This document shows, piece by piece, positions 48,426 through 55,501 of a stretch of DNA of 55,501 nucleotides; position 1 is the stretch's first letter; each line of letters starts with the position of its first letter. The position numbers were made by a program, and so were the translations under genes. The stretch comes from an uncultured Wenzhouxiangella sp. (GTDB lineage Bacteria > Pseudomonadota > Gammaproteobacteria > Xanthomonadales > Wenzhouxiangellaceae), in NCBI GenBank assembly GCA_964540315.1, contig CAZIMY010000001.1, positions 1-55,501 on the forward strand, read 5' to 3'. A model generated the notes under the pieces. That model was not told the DNA's origin. It saw nothing but the letters and a program-made list of their open reading frames with translations, and searched no databases.

Positions 48426-50216
48426 CTAATAAGTCCGCGCCTTGGCGGGGAAAACCTCTACGTCATCGGTCAGTGTGTACATGTGGACCGGCCGATAATC
48501 GATTCGAACCTGCCCGTCGTTGTCCATCCAGGTCAGGGTATGTTTCATCCAGTTGTCGTCGTCCCGGTCGGGATAGTCTTCGCGCGCATGCGCGCCCCTG
48601 CTTTCCTTGCGGTTTTCGGCGGAAACCATGGTGGTCACCGCATTGCCAATGAGATTGCGCAATTCCAGCGTCTCGACCAAATCAGAGTTCCAGATCAGCG
48701 AACGGTCGGTGACGCTGACCCGCTCAAAAGACTCGCGGACAGCACCGATCTTCTCGCAACCCTGGGCTAGGGTCTCGCCGGTCCTGAAGACGGCGGCATC
48801 CTCTTGCATAACCTGCTGCATCTGATCGCGAACACCAGCGGTAGACTCCCCGCCCGAAGCATGCCTAAAGCGATCGAACTCACCGACCAGTTCATCGACA
48901 CGTTCGCGGGCGATCGGACGCACGCTCTGGTCGGGCTTGATGGTCTCACCGCAGCGCTTCGCGACCGCGCGCCCAAAAACGATAAGATCAAGCAGGGAAT
49001 TAGAGCCCAGGCGATTGGCGCCGTGAACCGACACGCATGCGGCTTCGCCGATTGAGAACAACCCCGGAACGACTGCATCAGGGTCTCCGTCCTTGAGGGT
49101 GACGACCTCGCCGTGAAAGTTGGTCGGGATTCCGCCCATGTTGTAGTGCACCGTCGGCAAGACCGGAATCGGGTCACGGGTGACGTCAACGCCCGCAAAA
49201 ATGCGCGCGGTTTCGGCGATCCCGGGCAGTCTTTCGTGAATCACATCGCCGCCAAGGTGCTGCAAGTTCAGATGGATATGGTCGTTCTTGCCCCCAACCC
49301 CGCGACCCTCTCGGATTTCAATCGTCATTGATCGGGAAACGACGTCGCGTGAGGCCAGGTCCTTGGCGTTGGGCGCATAGCGCTCCATAAAGCGTTCGCC
49401 GTCGGAGTTGGTCAGGTAGCCCCCTTCTCCACGGACGCCCTCGGTGATCAGGCAACCCGCTCCGTAAACGCCGGTGGGGTGAAACTGAACAAACTCCATG
49501 TCCTGCAGCGGCAGACCAGCACGCAGAACCATTCCGTTACCGTCTCCGGTGCAGGTATGCGCCGAAGTCGCGGAGAAATACGCGCGACCGTAGCCGCCGG
49601 TCGCGAGAATGACCGCATGCGCCCGAAATTCGTGCAGGGTGCCCGACGCCAAATCCCAGGCCAGGCAGCCTCGGCAGGCGCCGTCGTCATCCATCAGCAG
49701 ATCGAGAGCGAAATATTCGATGAAAAACTGCGCTTCGTGCTTGAGCGACTGTTGATAAAGCGTATGCAGGATTGCGTGCCCGGTCCGGTCTGCCGCCGCG
49801 CAGGTTCGCTGGGCCGTGCCCTCACCGAAACGCGTGGTCATTCCACCGAACGGCCGCTGATAGATCTTGCCATCCTCGGTTCGAGAAAACGGGACGCCGA
49901 AGTGCTCAAGCTCGATAACCGATGGGATGGCCTCACGGCACATATATTCAATGGCGTCCTGATCGCCCAGCCAGTCCGACCCCTTGATGGTGTCGTACAT
50001 GTGCCAGCGCCAATCGTCTTCGCCCATATTGCCCAAGGCAGCGCTCATGCCGCCTTGGGCAGCAACCGTGTGAGAGCGGGTTGGAAAAACCTTAGTGATG
50101 CACGCGGTCGTCAGGCCAGTTGCTGCCAGGCCCATTGTTGCGCGCAAGCCGGCGCCGCCAGCTCCGATGACCAAAACATCGTATTCGTGCTTGGTAATGT
50201 CGTAAGCGTTGCTCAA
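48426..50216 (-). CDS. sdhA: Succinate dehydrogenase flavoprotein subunit
   Basis: [53 protein letters not shown]; TTG start. Confidence 0.97.
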   Translation of the reverse strand: MSNAYDITKHEYDVLVIGAGGAGLRATMGLAATGLTTACITKVFPTRSHTVAAQGGMSAALGNMGEDDWRWHMYDTIKGSDWLGDQDAIEYMCREAIPSVIELEHFGVPFSRTEDGKIYQRPFGGMTTRFGEGTAQRTCAAADRTGHAILHTLYQQSLKHEAQFFIEYFALDLLMDDDGACRGCLAWDLASGTLHEFRAHAVILATGGYGRAYFSATSAHTCTGDGNGMVLRAGLPLQDMEFVQFHPTGVYGAGCLITEGVRGEGGYLTNSDGERFMERYAPNAKDLASRDVVSRSMTIEIREGRGVGGKNDHIHLNLQHLGGDVIHERLPGIAETARIFAGVDVTRDPIPVLPTVHYNMGGIPTNFHGEVVTLKDGDPDAVVPGLFSIGEAACVSVHGANRLGSNSLLDLIVFGRAVAKRCGETIKPDQSVRPIARERVDELVGEFDRFRHASGGESTAGVRDQMQQVMQEDAAVFRTGETLAQGCEKIGAVRESFERVSVTDRSLIWNSDLVETLELRNLIGNAVTTMVSAENRKESRGAHAREDYPDRDDDNWMKHTLTWMDNDGQVRIDYRPVHMYTLTDDVEVFPAKARTY

Positions 50217-50219
50217 AAT

Positions 50220-50600
50220 TTAAGCTCCAAAAGCCACTTTCAAAATGGCCAGAACCGCCAGCAGGCCGGCCACAATCATCGCGATCTTCACCAACAGCTG
50301 CAAAGCAACCTCCACTGAGCGCTGATGGACGTAGTCCTCAATAATGACCTGCAGACCCAGTCTGGCGTGATACAAAGAGGTGCCGATGAAAAGAATGGCC
50401 ATGGCAGCGTTGAACGGACGGCCCAGCCAGAGCGTGGCCTCGGTGTGGGACGCGCCGATCAGGCTTGCCATTGCGAAAACCAGCCACACCGTTAGTCCCA
50501 CAAGCAGGATTGCACTGAAGCGCTGAGCCCACCAATGCCCGACACCATCACCGGCCGAACCGTGATTGCGAGCGTTCGCCAACGGACTGCGCAAAGTCAT
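50220..50600 (-). CDS. sdhD: Succinate dehydrogenase hydrophobic anchor subunit
   Basis: GSAGDGVGHWWAQRFSA, H..LGLQVIIEDYVH; ATG 50600 overlaps the sdhC stop. Confidence 0.93.
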   Translation of the reverse strand: MTLRSPLANARNHGSAGDGVGHWWAQRFSAILLVGLTVWLVFAMASLIGASHTEATLWLGRPFNAAMAILFIGTSLYHARLGLQVIIEDYVHQRSVEVALQLLVKIAMIVAGLLAVLAILKVAFGA

Positions 50601-50974
50601 AGCCAGACCCCCCAAGAGATTGCGGTCAAAACAAAGGCCAACGTAACAACAGTCCATCCAGAGGCGTAGGCTCCGCGCAAATCCAGCAGCCAACCAGCAT
50701 CCCAGAGCAGATGACGGATGCCATTGAGAAGGTGGTAGAACAGCGCGGCAGTCCAAATTACGAGAGCAAACAGCGCTGGCGCGCTTGCCAGAATATCGTT
50801 GATTGCGGCAAACCGTTCCGGCCCTGCCGCAAGTGCCAGCAGCCATGCGACGACCAGAAACAGGCCGACGCTAAGGGCAACGCCGCTGACCCTGTGGCTT
50901 ATCGAAAGCACCGAAGTCAACTGCGGGCGGTAAACCTGTAAATGGGGCGAGAGTGGTCGATTATCCGTCGCCAT
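50597..50974 (-). CDS. sdhC: Succinate dehydrogenase cytochrome b556 subunit
   Basis: RPLSPHLQVYRPQLTSVLSISHRVSG, YHLLNGIRHLLWD. Confidence 0.95.
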   Translation of the reverse strand: MATDNRPLSPHLQVYRPQLTSVLSISHRVSGVALSVGLFLVVAWLLALAAGPERFAAINDILASAPALFALVIWTAALFYHLLNGIRHLLWDAGWLLDLRGAYASGWTVVTLAFVLTAISWGVWL

Positions 50975-51019
50975 GTCGAGATTCCTATTCAAAGTCTTGT
51001 AGAGTTGCATCCTGCCGGA

Positions 51020-51187
51020 TCAAAAGTCGATGCAGCGACCGTTCTTCTCCCAGTCGCCATAGCGAGTGGGCTCACGACCGCTCTTGCGGCCGCCCAGTTC
51101 CTTGGGACGGTCTTTGTCGGTAGGTTGCTGTTGTTTACCGTCTTGCTGATCAGACGCTTGATCGCGTGTGTTGGACTGTTCTTTCAT
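51020..51187 (-). CDS. DUF1674 / SDHAF4 (Sdh8)-like succinate dehydrogenase assembly factor, 55 aa
   Basis: Not in ORF track. MKEQSNTRDQASDQQDGKQQQPTDKDRPKELGGRKSGREPTRYGDWEKNGRCIDF*; the C-terminal E.GG..G.EPTRYGDWE..GR..DF is the DUF1674 signature. Confidence 0.92.
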   Translation of the reverse strand: MKEQSNTRDQASDQQDGKQQQPTDKDRPKELGGRKSGREPTRYGDWEKNGRCIDF

Positions 51188-51229
51188 AGCGTAGGATTGT
51201 ACCCCGAGACTGTTGATAATCGATCACTG

Positions 51230-52027
51230 ATGCATCACTGGAATTCGCTTCATCACCTGTCCGGTATTCGCGTACTCGGGCCCGATGCCGTGGCCTTCGC
51301 CCACGCCCAGTTCACGACTGCGTTTACCGAAGAAATACTGCCAGGGTGGCACCCGACAGCGTGGTGCAATCCAAAAGGTAAGGTCTTGTCCGTCATGCTC
51401 GCGCGAGCCCGCGCTGAGGCGGTGGAACTGATCGTACCGACAGAACAATCGGATTTACTTGCCAAGCGTCTGCCGATGTTTGCCATCGGGCGCAAGGTCA
51501 GCATCGAAAGCGGCCTCAAGGTCGCCGGCTGCATTACAGACTGCAAAGAAGCGCAACAGCAATTGGGTATGGACGCATCGCGGGGGCTTGACCTCGAGCG
51601 TCGTGATGCGCTGGAGGACCCTCAAATCCACAGGCTTTGGATGATTCGAGACATCTGCGCTGGCCTGGCGTGGCTTTCGCCGTCGCGCAGTGAGCAGTTT
51701 CTGCCCCAGGCCCTGGGCCTGGAGGCATGCGGCGGCCTGAGCTACAAGAAAGGATGCTACCCGGGTCAGGAAGTAGTCGCTCGCGTGCATTACCTGGGTC
51801 GTGCAAAGGAAAAACTCAGTGGCTTCGAGCTTGATTCTGCAGTCGACGCGCGCAACCAGGAACTGTTGAATGAGCGAGGTGATTGCGTCGGAAAAGTACT
51901 GGAATCCGTCACCACTGAGTCGACGTCGGTAGGCCTTGCGGTTGTTGGCGTGGCCGAGAGCCCGGCCAGTGCAATTTTTTGCAGCGGTCATCAGGGTCGA
52001 CTTCGCGAGCCTGCTGAACTATGCTAG
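51230..52027 (+). CDS. ygfZ: YgfZ/CAF17-like folate-binding Fe-S cluster assembly/repair protein
   Basis: V.GPDA..F...QFT, WCNPKGK, FLPQ, SYKKGCYPGQEVVAR.HYLG signature. Confidence 0.9.
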   Translation: MHHWNSLHHLSGIRVLGPDAVAFAHAQFTTAFTEEILPGWHPTAWCNPKGKVLSVMLARARAEAVELIVPTEQSDLLAKRLPMFAIGRKVSIESGLKVAGCITDCKEAQQQLGMDASRGLDLERRDALEDPQIHRLWMIRDICAGLAWLSPSRSEQFLPQALGLEACGGLSYKKGCYPGQEVVARVHYLGRAKEKLSGFELDSAVDARNQELLNERGDCVGKVLESVTTESTSVGLAVVGVAESPASAIFCSGHQGRLREPAELC

Positions 52028-52071
52028 AGCGTCTTGAGCTTTGGATTCATACACTTGGCCGAGACATACCA

Positions 52072-52887
52072 ATGATTTTCACCTGCCGGCCTGTTCTTTT
52101 CGGGATTTTGATCCTGTCGGCCTTCTCGGTCGCGCCAGCATTGGCGCAAGAGCGGGTCTATCAGTTACAGGTGCATCCGGTGTTTCCGCCCGATCAGGCG
52201 GAAATGGTATTCCGTCCATTGCTGAGCTACCTCACTGCCGCTACCGGCCATTCGTTCGAGCTCAAGACTTCTCGCGACTTCCACCGCCACTGGCTTGATC
52301 TGCGGCGCGGCGCCCAACCCGATTTTGTGCTGGAAGACGCTCATTTGATCGCCTTTCGCATGAAGCGGGACAATTATCTCCCGCTGGTCAGGGCGGGCGC
52401 ACCAACGACGTTTTCATTGCTGACCAACAGGCCCGAACGTGATCTGGAACTGGCAGACTTTGTCGGATTGCCGGTTTCGACCCTGCCGGCCCCGAGTCTG
52501 GGGCATCTCGTTCTGGCCAGCTGGTTTCAGAACCCCATGCAGCAGCCGGTCATTCAATCAGCAGCCACGTCATGGCTGGAAGCCGTGGAAATCGTTTTTG
52601 CGCGGGAAGCTGAGGCCGCCATCGTGCCCAATAATCTGGCGTCGCGGTACGTCAATCTGGGTGAGGTGGCGGTGTCTTCTGAGTTCCCCCACATGAGCAT
52701 TGCCGCGTCTGCAAACCTGGACCTCAATGTCGCCAGCAGCGTACAGATTGCCCTGATTGCCCTGAACGACGATCCGGATTTTTTTGCTGTTCTGCATGAG
52801 CTGGATATTGAACGCTTCGTGCCGGCGGACCCGGCAGAATACGCTGGCCTCGAAAGGTGGTTGGACCCAATCTACAGCGGTGATTAG
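52072..52887 (+). CDS. Phosphate/phosphonate-type (PhnD-like) periplasmic substrate-binding protein, orphan
   Basis: Signal peptide (APALA/QE), V.P..PP...F.PL..YL...TG, AAIV, P...IAAS, F.PA...Y; no permease or ATPase nearby. Confidence 0.65.
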   Translation: MIFTCRPVLFGILILSAFSVAPALAQERVYQLQVHPVFPPDQAEMVFRPLLSYLTAATGHSFELKTSRDFHRHWLDLRRGAQPDFVLEDAHLIAFRMKRDNYLPLVRAGAPTTFSLLTNRPERDLELADFVGLPVSTLPAPSLGHLVLASWFQNPMQQPVIQSAATSWLEAVEIVFAREAEAAIVPNNLASRYVNLGEVAVSSEFPHMSIAASANLDLNVASSVQIALIALNDDPDFFAVLHELDIERFVPADPAEYAGLERWLDPIYSGD

Positions 52888-52916
52888 CGACCTCTGACAC
52901 GCCTTGATACATTTTC

Positions 52917-54296
52917 ATGACCTCTCCTACTCTGACCGCACTGTCGCCACTGGATGGCCGCTATGCCCCTCGCCTGACAAGCCTGGCGAACCTTTGTTCG
53001 GAAAGCGGGCTGATCCGCAGCAGGGTGCAGGTCGAAATCGCGTGGTTCCGGGCGCTCTCAGAACACGCCGACTTTCCCGCACTGCCCCCTTTTTCGGCTG
53101 ACGATAACGACTTTCTGGATGCGCTGGTCAAAGATTTTTCGACCGAAGACGCACGAGCCGTCAAGCGTATCGAAGCCAAAACCAACCACGATGTCAAGGC
53201 GGTCGAGTATTGGCTGAAGCAGCGGATGGGTCAAAGACCTTCTCTGGCCTGCCATGCGGAGTTCGTTCATTTCGCCTGTACGTCGGAAGACATCAATAAC
53301 CTTGCCTGGGGGCTGATCCTGCGGGCTGCCTTGCTCGACGTACTTGATCCAGTACTGGGCACGCTCGATCAGCGGCTTGAGGACATGGCCACCGAATACG
53401 CCGGGCTGGCCATGCTCTCCCGCACCCACGGACAAACGGCATCGCCAACCACGCTGGGCAAGGAGCTGGCCAACGTGGTTTTTCGATTGCGCCGCCAGCG
53501 CCGGCAGCTTGTCACCGTCGAATTCAGCGGCAAAGTCAATGGCGCAGTCGGTAATTTCAACGCCCACCTGGTCGCCTGCCCAGACCTGGACTGGTCGAAT
53601 CTTGCCCAAACCGTGGTCGAAGATCTTGGGCTGGTCTGGAATCCTTACACCACCCAGATCGAGCCTCACGACATGATCGCTGAAGCCTGTCACGCGCTGG
53701 TTCGAATCAATACCGTGCTGCTGGACTTCGCCCGGGATGCCTGGGGCTATGTCTCGCTCGGATACTTCCGCCAGAAACTGGTCGAGGGAGAAGTCGGCTC
53801 GTCTACCATGCCACACAAGGTCAATCCTATCGACTTCGAAAACGGAGAAGGCAACCTGGGCTTGGCCAACGCGCTGCTCGAGCACCTGGCAGCAAAACTG
53901 CCGGTCTCTCGATGGCAGCGGGATCTCACAGACTCCACCGTTCAACGCAGCATGGGCAGCGCTCTGGGCTATTGCCAGTTGGGCTGGAGCTCTATTCTCC
54001 GCGGCCTTGATCGGGTCGCAGCTGACAGGGAGCGCATAGCTCACGACCTGGACAGCGCGTGGGAAGTGCTGGCAGAGGCCGTTCAGACCGTCATGCGTCT
54101 GCATGGTCTGCCCGAACCCTACGAGCAACTGAAAGCACTGACCCGTGGCCGCGGCATCGACAAGCAGAGCCTGCGCGAGTTTATTGGCCAGCTCGAACTG
54201 CCGGAATCCGATCGCGAACGACTTTTGTCCCTGACCCCCTCGGACTATGTCGGCAACGCCCCCGAAATGGCGTCGGCCCTGCGCCGGTTCGTGTGA
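52917..54296 (+). CDS. purB: Adenylosuccinate lyase
   Basis: LTALSPLDGRY, TNHDVKAVEY, HFACTSEDINN, RTHGQ, SSTMPHKVNPIDFEN. Confidence 0.97.
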   Translation: MTSPTLTALSPLDGRYAPRLTSLANLCSESGLIRSRVQVEIAWFRALSEHADFPALPPFSADDNDFLDALVKDFSTEDARAVKRIEAKTNHDVKAVEYWLKQRMGQRPSLACHAEFVHFACTSEDINNLAWGLILRAALLDVLDPVLGTLDQRLEDMATEYAGLAMLSRTHGQTASPTTLGKELANVVFRLRRQRRQLVTVEFSGKVNGAVGNFNAHLVACPDLDWSNLAQTVVEDLGLVWNPYTTQIEPHDMIAEACHALVRINTVLLDFARDAWGYVSLGYFRQKLVEGEVGSSTMPHKVNPIDFENGEGNLGLANALLEHLAAKLPVSRWQRDLTDSTVQRSMGSALGYCQLGWSSILRGLDRVAADRERIAHDLDSAWEVLAEAVQTVMRLHGLPEPYEQLKALTRGRGIDKQSLREFIGQLELPESDRERLLSLTPSDYVGNAPEMASALRRFV

Positions 54297-54348
54297 GTCT
54301 TGCGACCCGATTCCGCCCCAGCAACGAGCGTCGTCAAGTCAGCGCGGT

Positions 54349-54354
54349 TATAAT
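54349..54354 (+). promoter_or_regulatory. Putative sigma70 -10 element (TATAAT) upstream of sucA
   Basis: Perfect TATAAT 42 nt before the sucA ATG in the purB-sucA spacer. Confidence 0.5.
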
Positions 54355-54396
54355 TCGCGATTGGCGTCGCACCCCGAATTCGCAGGCTTTCAGCCC

Positions 54397-55501
54397 ATGA
54401 GCAAGCACCTTCAGCAACAGTACCGTTCGTCGCATTTGTCAGGTGGCAATGCTGCTTACGTCGAAGCTCTTTATGAAGACTGGCTGGATGATCCAGAGAC
54501 CGTCCCCGAGCAATGGCAGCGGGTTTTTACAGGCATCGCTCCGTCTGGCGACGACTCCCGCCACCTCGCCATGCTTCAATACTTTCGCCAGATTGGCGAA
54601 AACGGTGTGCAGGCAGCAGCATCGTCAGGCACCGAAGATGTTAAGCAGTCGGGTGTCTTGAGACTCATCAACGCTTTCAGGGTCAGAGGGCACCAGCGTG
54701 CCCAGCTGGATCCTCTTGAGCTGAACGAAAGGCCCCACGTTCCCGATCTGGAACTCGACTTTTACGGGCTTGAACAGGCGGATCTCAAAAGCAATTTCCA
54801 CACCGGCACCCTGGCTGGCCCGGACCATCTGCCGCTCGCGGATATCGTGGATGTCTGTCGTCAAACCTACTGCGGCAGCATCGGCACCGAGTACATGCAC
54901 ATCACCGACACGAATCAGCGCAGGTGGTTGCAGCAGCGACTCGAGGGCGCGCGCGGTGATTTCACGCCGTCACGCGAAGAGCGCTTGCGCCTGTTTGAAA
55001 AGCTTTCGGCGGCAGAAGGGATGGAAAAGTATCTCCACTCAAAATATGTCGGCCAGAAAAGATTCTCGCTGGAAGGCGGCGAGAGCGTAATTCCCCTGTT
55101 TGACACGCTCATCCGCCATACCGGCAGCCAAGGCGTCAAGGAAATGGTGATCGGCATGGCGCACCGGGGCCGTCTCAACCTCCTGGTCAACATCCTCGGC
55201 AAAAGTCCGCGCGAGCTGTTTGCAGAATTTGAGGGATCTTTGGCCAAAGACGATCCTAATCGCGCTGGCGACGTCAAATACCACATGGGGTTCAGCTCCG
55301 ATGTGCGCACGCCCGGGGGCGTCATGCACCTGGCGCTCGCGTTCAATCCGTCCCACCTGGAAATCGTCAATCCGGTCGTTGCCGGATCATCGAGAGCGCG
55401 CCAGACTCGGCTGGGCGACGAAACGCGCGAGCAAGTCATGCCCGTCCTCGTCCACGGGGACGCGGCCATCGCCGGCCAGGGCGTCGTCATGGAGTTGCTC
55501 A
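54397..55501 (+). CDS. sucA: 2-oxoglutarate dehydrogenase E1 component, N-terminal part, runs off the window edge
   Basis: Not in ORF track. MSKHLQQQYRSSHLSGGNAAYVEALYE...LINAFRVRGH..AQLDPL...YCGSIGTEYMHI...KRFSLEGGES...GMAHRGRLN...GDVKYHMG...FNPSHLE...HGDAA. Confidence 0.96.
   Translation, partial: MSKHLQQQYRSSHLSGGNAAYVEALYEDWLDDPETVPEQWQRVFTGIAPSGDDSRHLAMLQYFRQIGENGVQAAASSGTEDVKQSGVLRLINAFRVRGHQRAQLDPLELNERPHVPDLELDFYGLEQADLKSNFHTGTLAGPDHLPLADIVDVCRQTYCGSIGTEYMHITDTNQRRWLQQRLEGARGDFTPSREERLRLFEKLSAAEGMEKYLHSKYVGQKRFSLEGGESVIPLFDTLIRHTGSQGVKEMVIGMAHRGRLNLLVNILGKSPRELFAEFEGSLAKDDPNRAGDVKYHMGFSSDVRTPGGVMHLALAFNPSHLEIVNPVVAGSSRARQTRLGDETREQVMPVLVHGDAAIAGQGVVMELL

Noticed and set aside
1-52027. 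Folate theme (abgT, pabB, pabC, folD, ygfZ) as one system
   Set aside because: The genes are spread over more than 50 kb, each in its own context, with no shared motif or riboswitch seen
1-55501. tRNA/rRNA genes, CRISPR arrays, REP-like repeats, IS elements
   Set aside because: All intergenic gaps are under about 175 bp, and by eye none shows a cloverleaf, regularly spaced repeats or terminal inverted repeats; an Infernal/tRNAscan run would be needed to exclude small RNAs

Overview
This is a GC-rich gammaproteobacterial core-chromosome window. Gene order and protein style resemble Xanthomonadales/Wenzhouxiangella-like bacteria, which is an inference. It is almost entirely coding. From left to right it holds: a partial abgT; a tightly coupled putA-exeA-exeB-rhomboid-DUF1820 unit; the divergent DUF2244-coxB-coxA-smORF-ctaG-coxC oxidase cluster; a convergent unit of a GCS2-type ligase-CBS fusion, an NTF2-like lipoprotein and a C-terminally truncated Lhr helicase; fadD; the yceD-rpmF-plsX-fabHDG-acpP-fabF-pabB-pabC-mltG-tmk-holB-pilZ-dinB string; maf, fadJ/fadI-like genes, folD and a glutathione peroxidase; ndk-rlmN-pilW-rodZ-hisS-yfgM-bamB-der (no ispG); an orphan pilU with a PilZ-domain gene; DUF1674-sdhCDAB-sdhE-ygfX divergent from ygfZ; an orphan PhnD-like binding protein; purB; and a partial sucA. 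Four real genes are missing from the supplied ORF track: abgT (partial), a 44-aa cox membrane peptide, the 55-aa DUF1674/SDHAF4, and sucA (partial). I saw no tRNA/rRNA, CRISPR array, transposase, integrase or prophage. I cannot claim a clearly new system. The best leads are the ligase-CBS/lipoprotein/truncated-Lhr unit, the ExeAB-rhomboid-DUF1820 coupling, the complete SDH-biogenesis cluster, a basic tail on the thiolase, and a recurrent leaderless-promoter pattern. All family assignments come from motif recognition by eye, not database searches.
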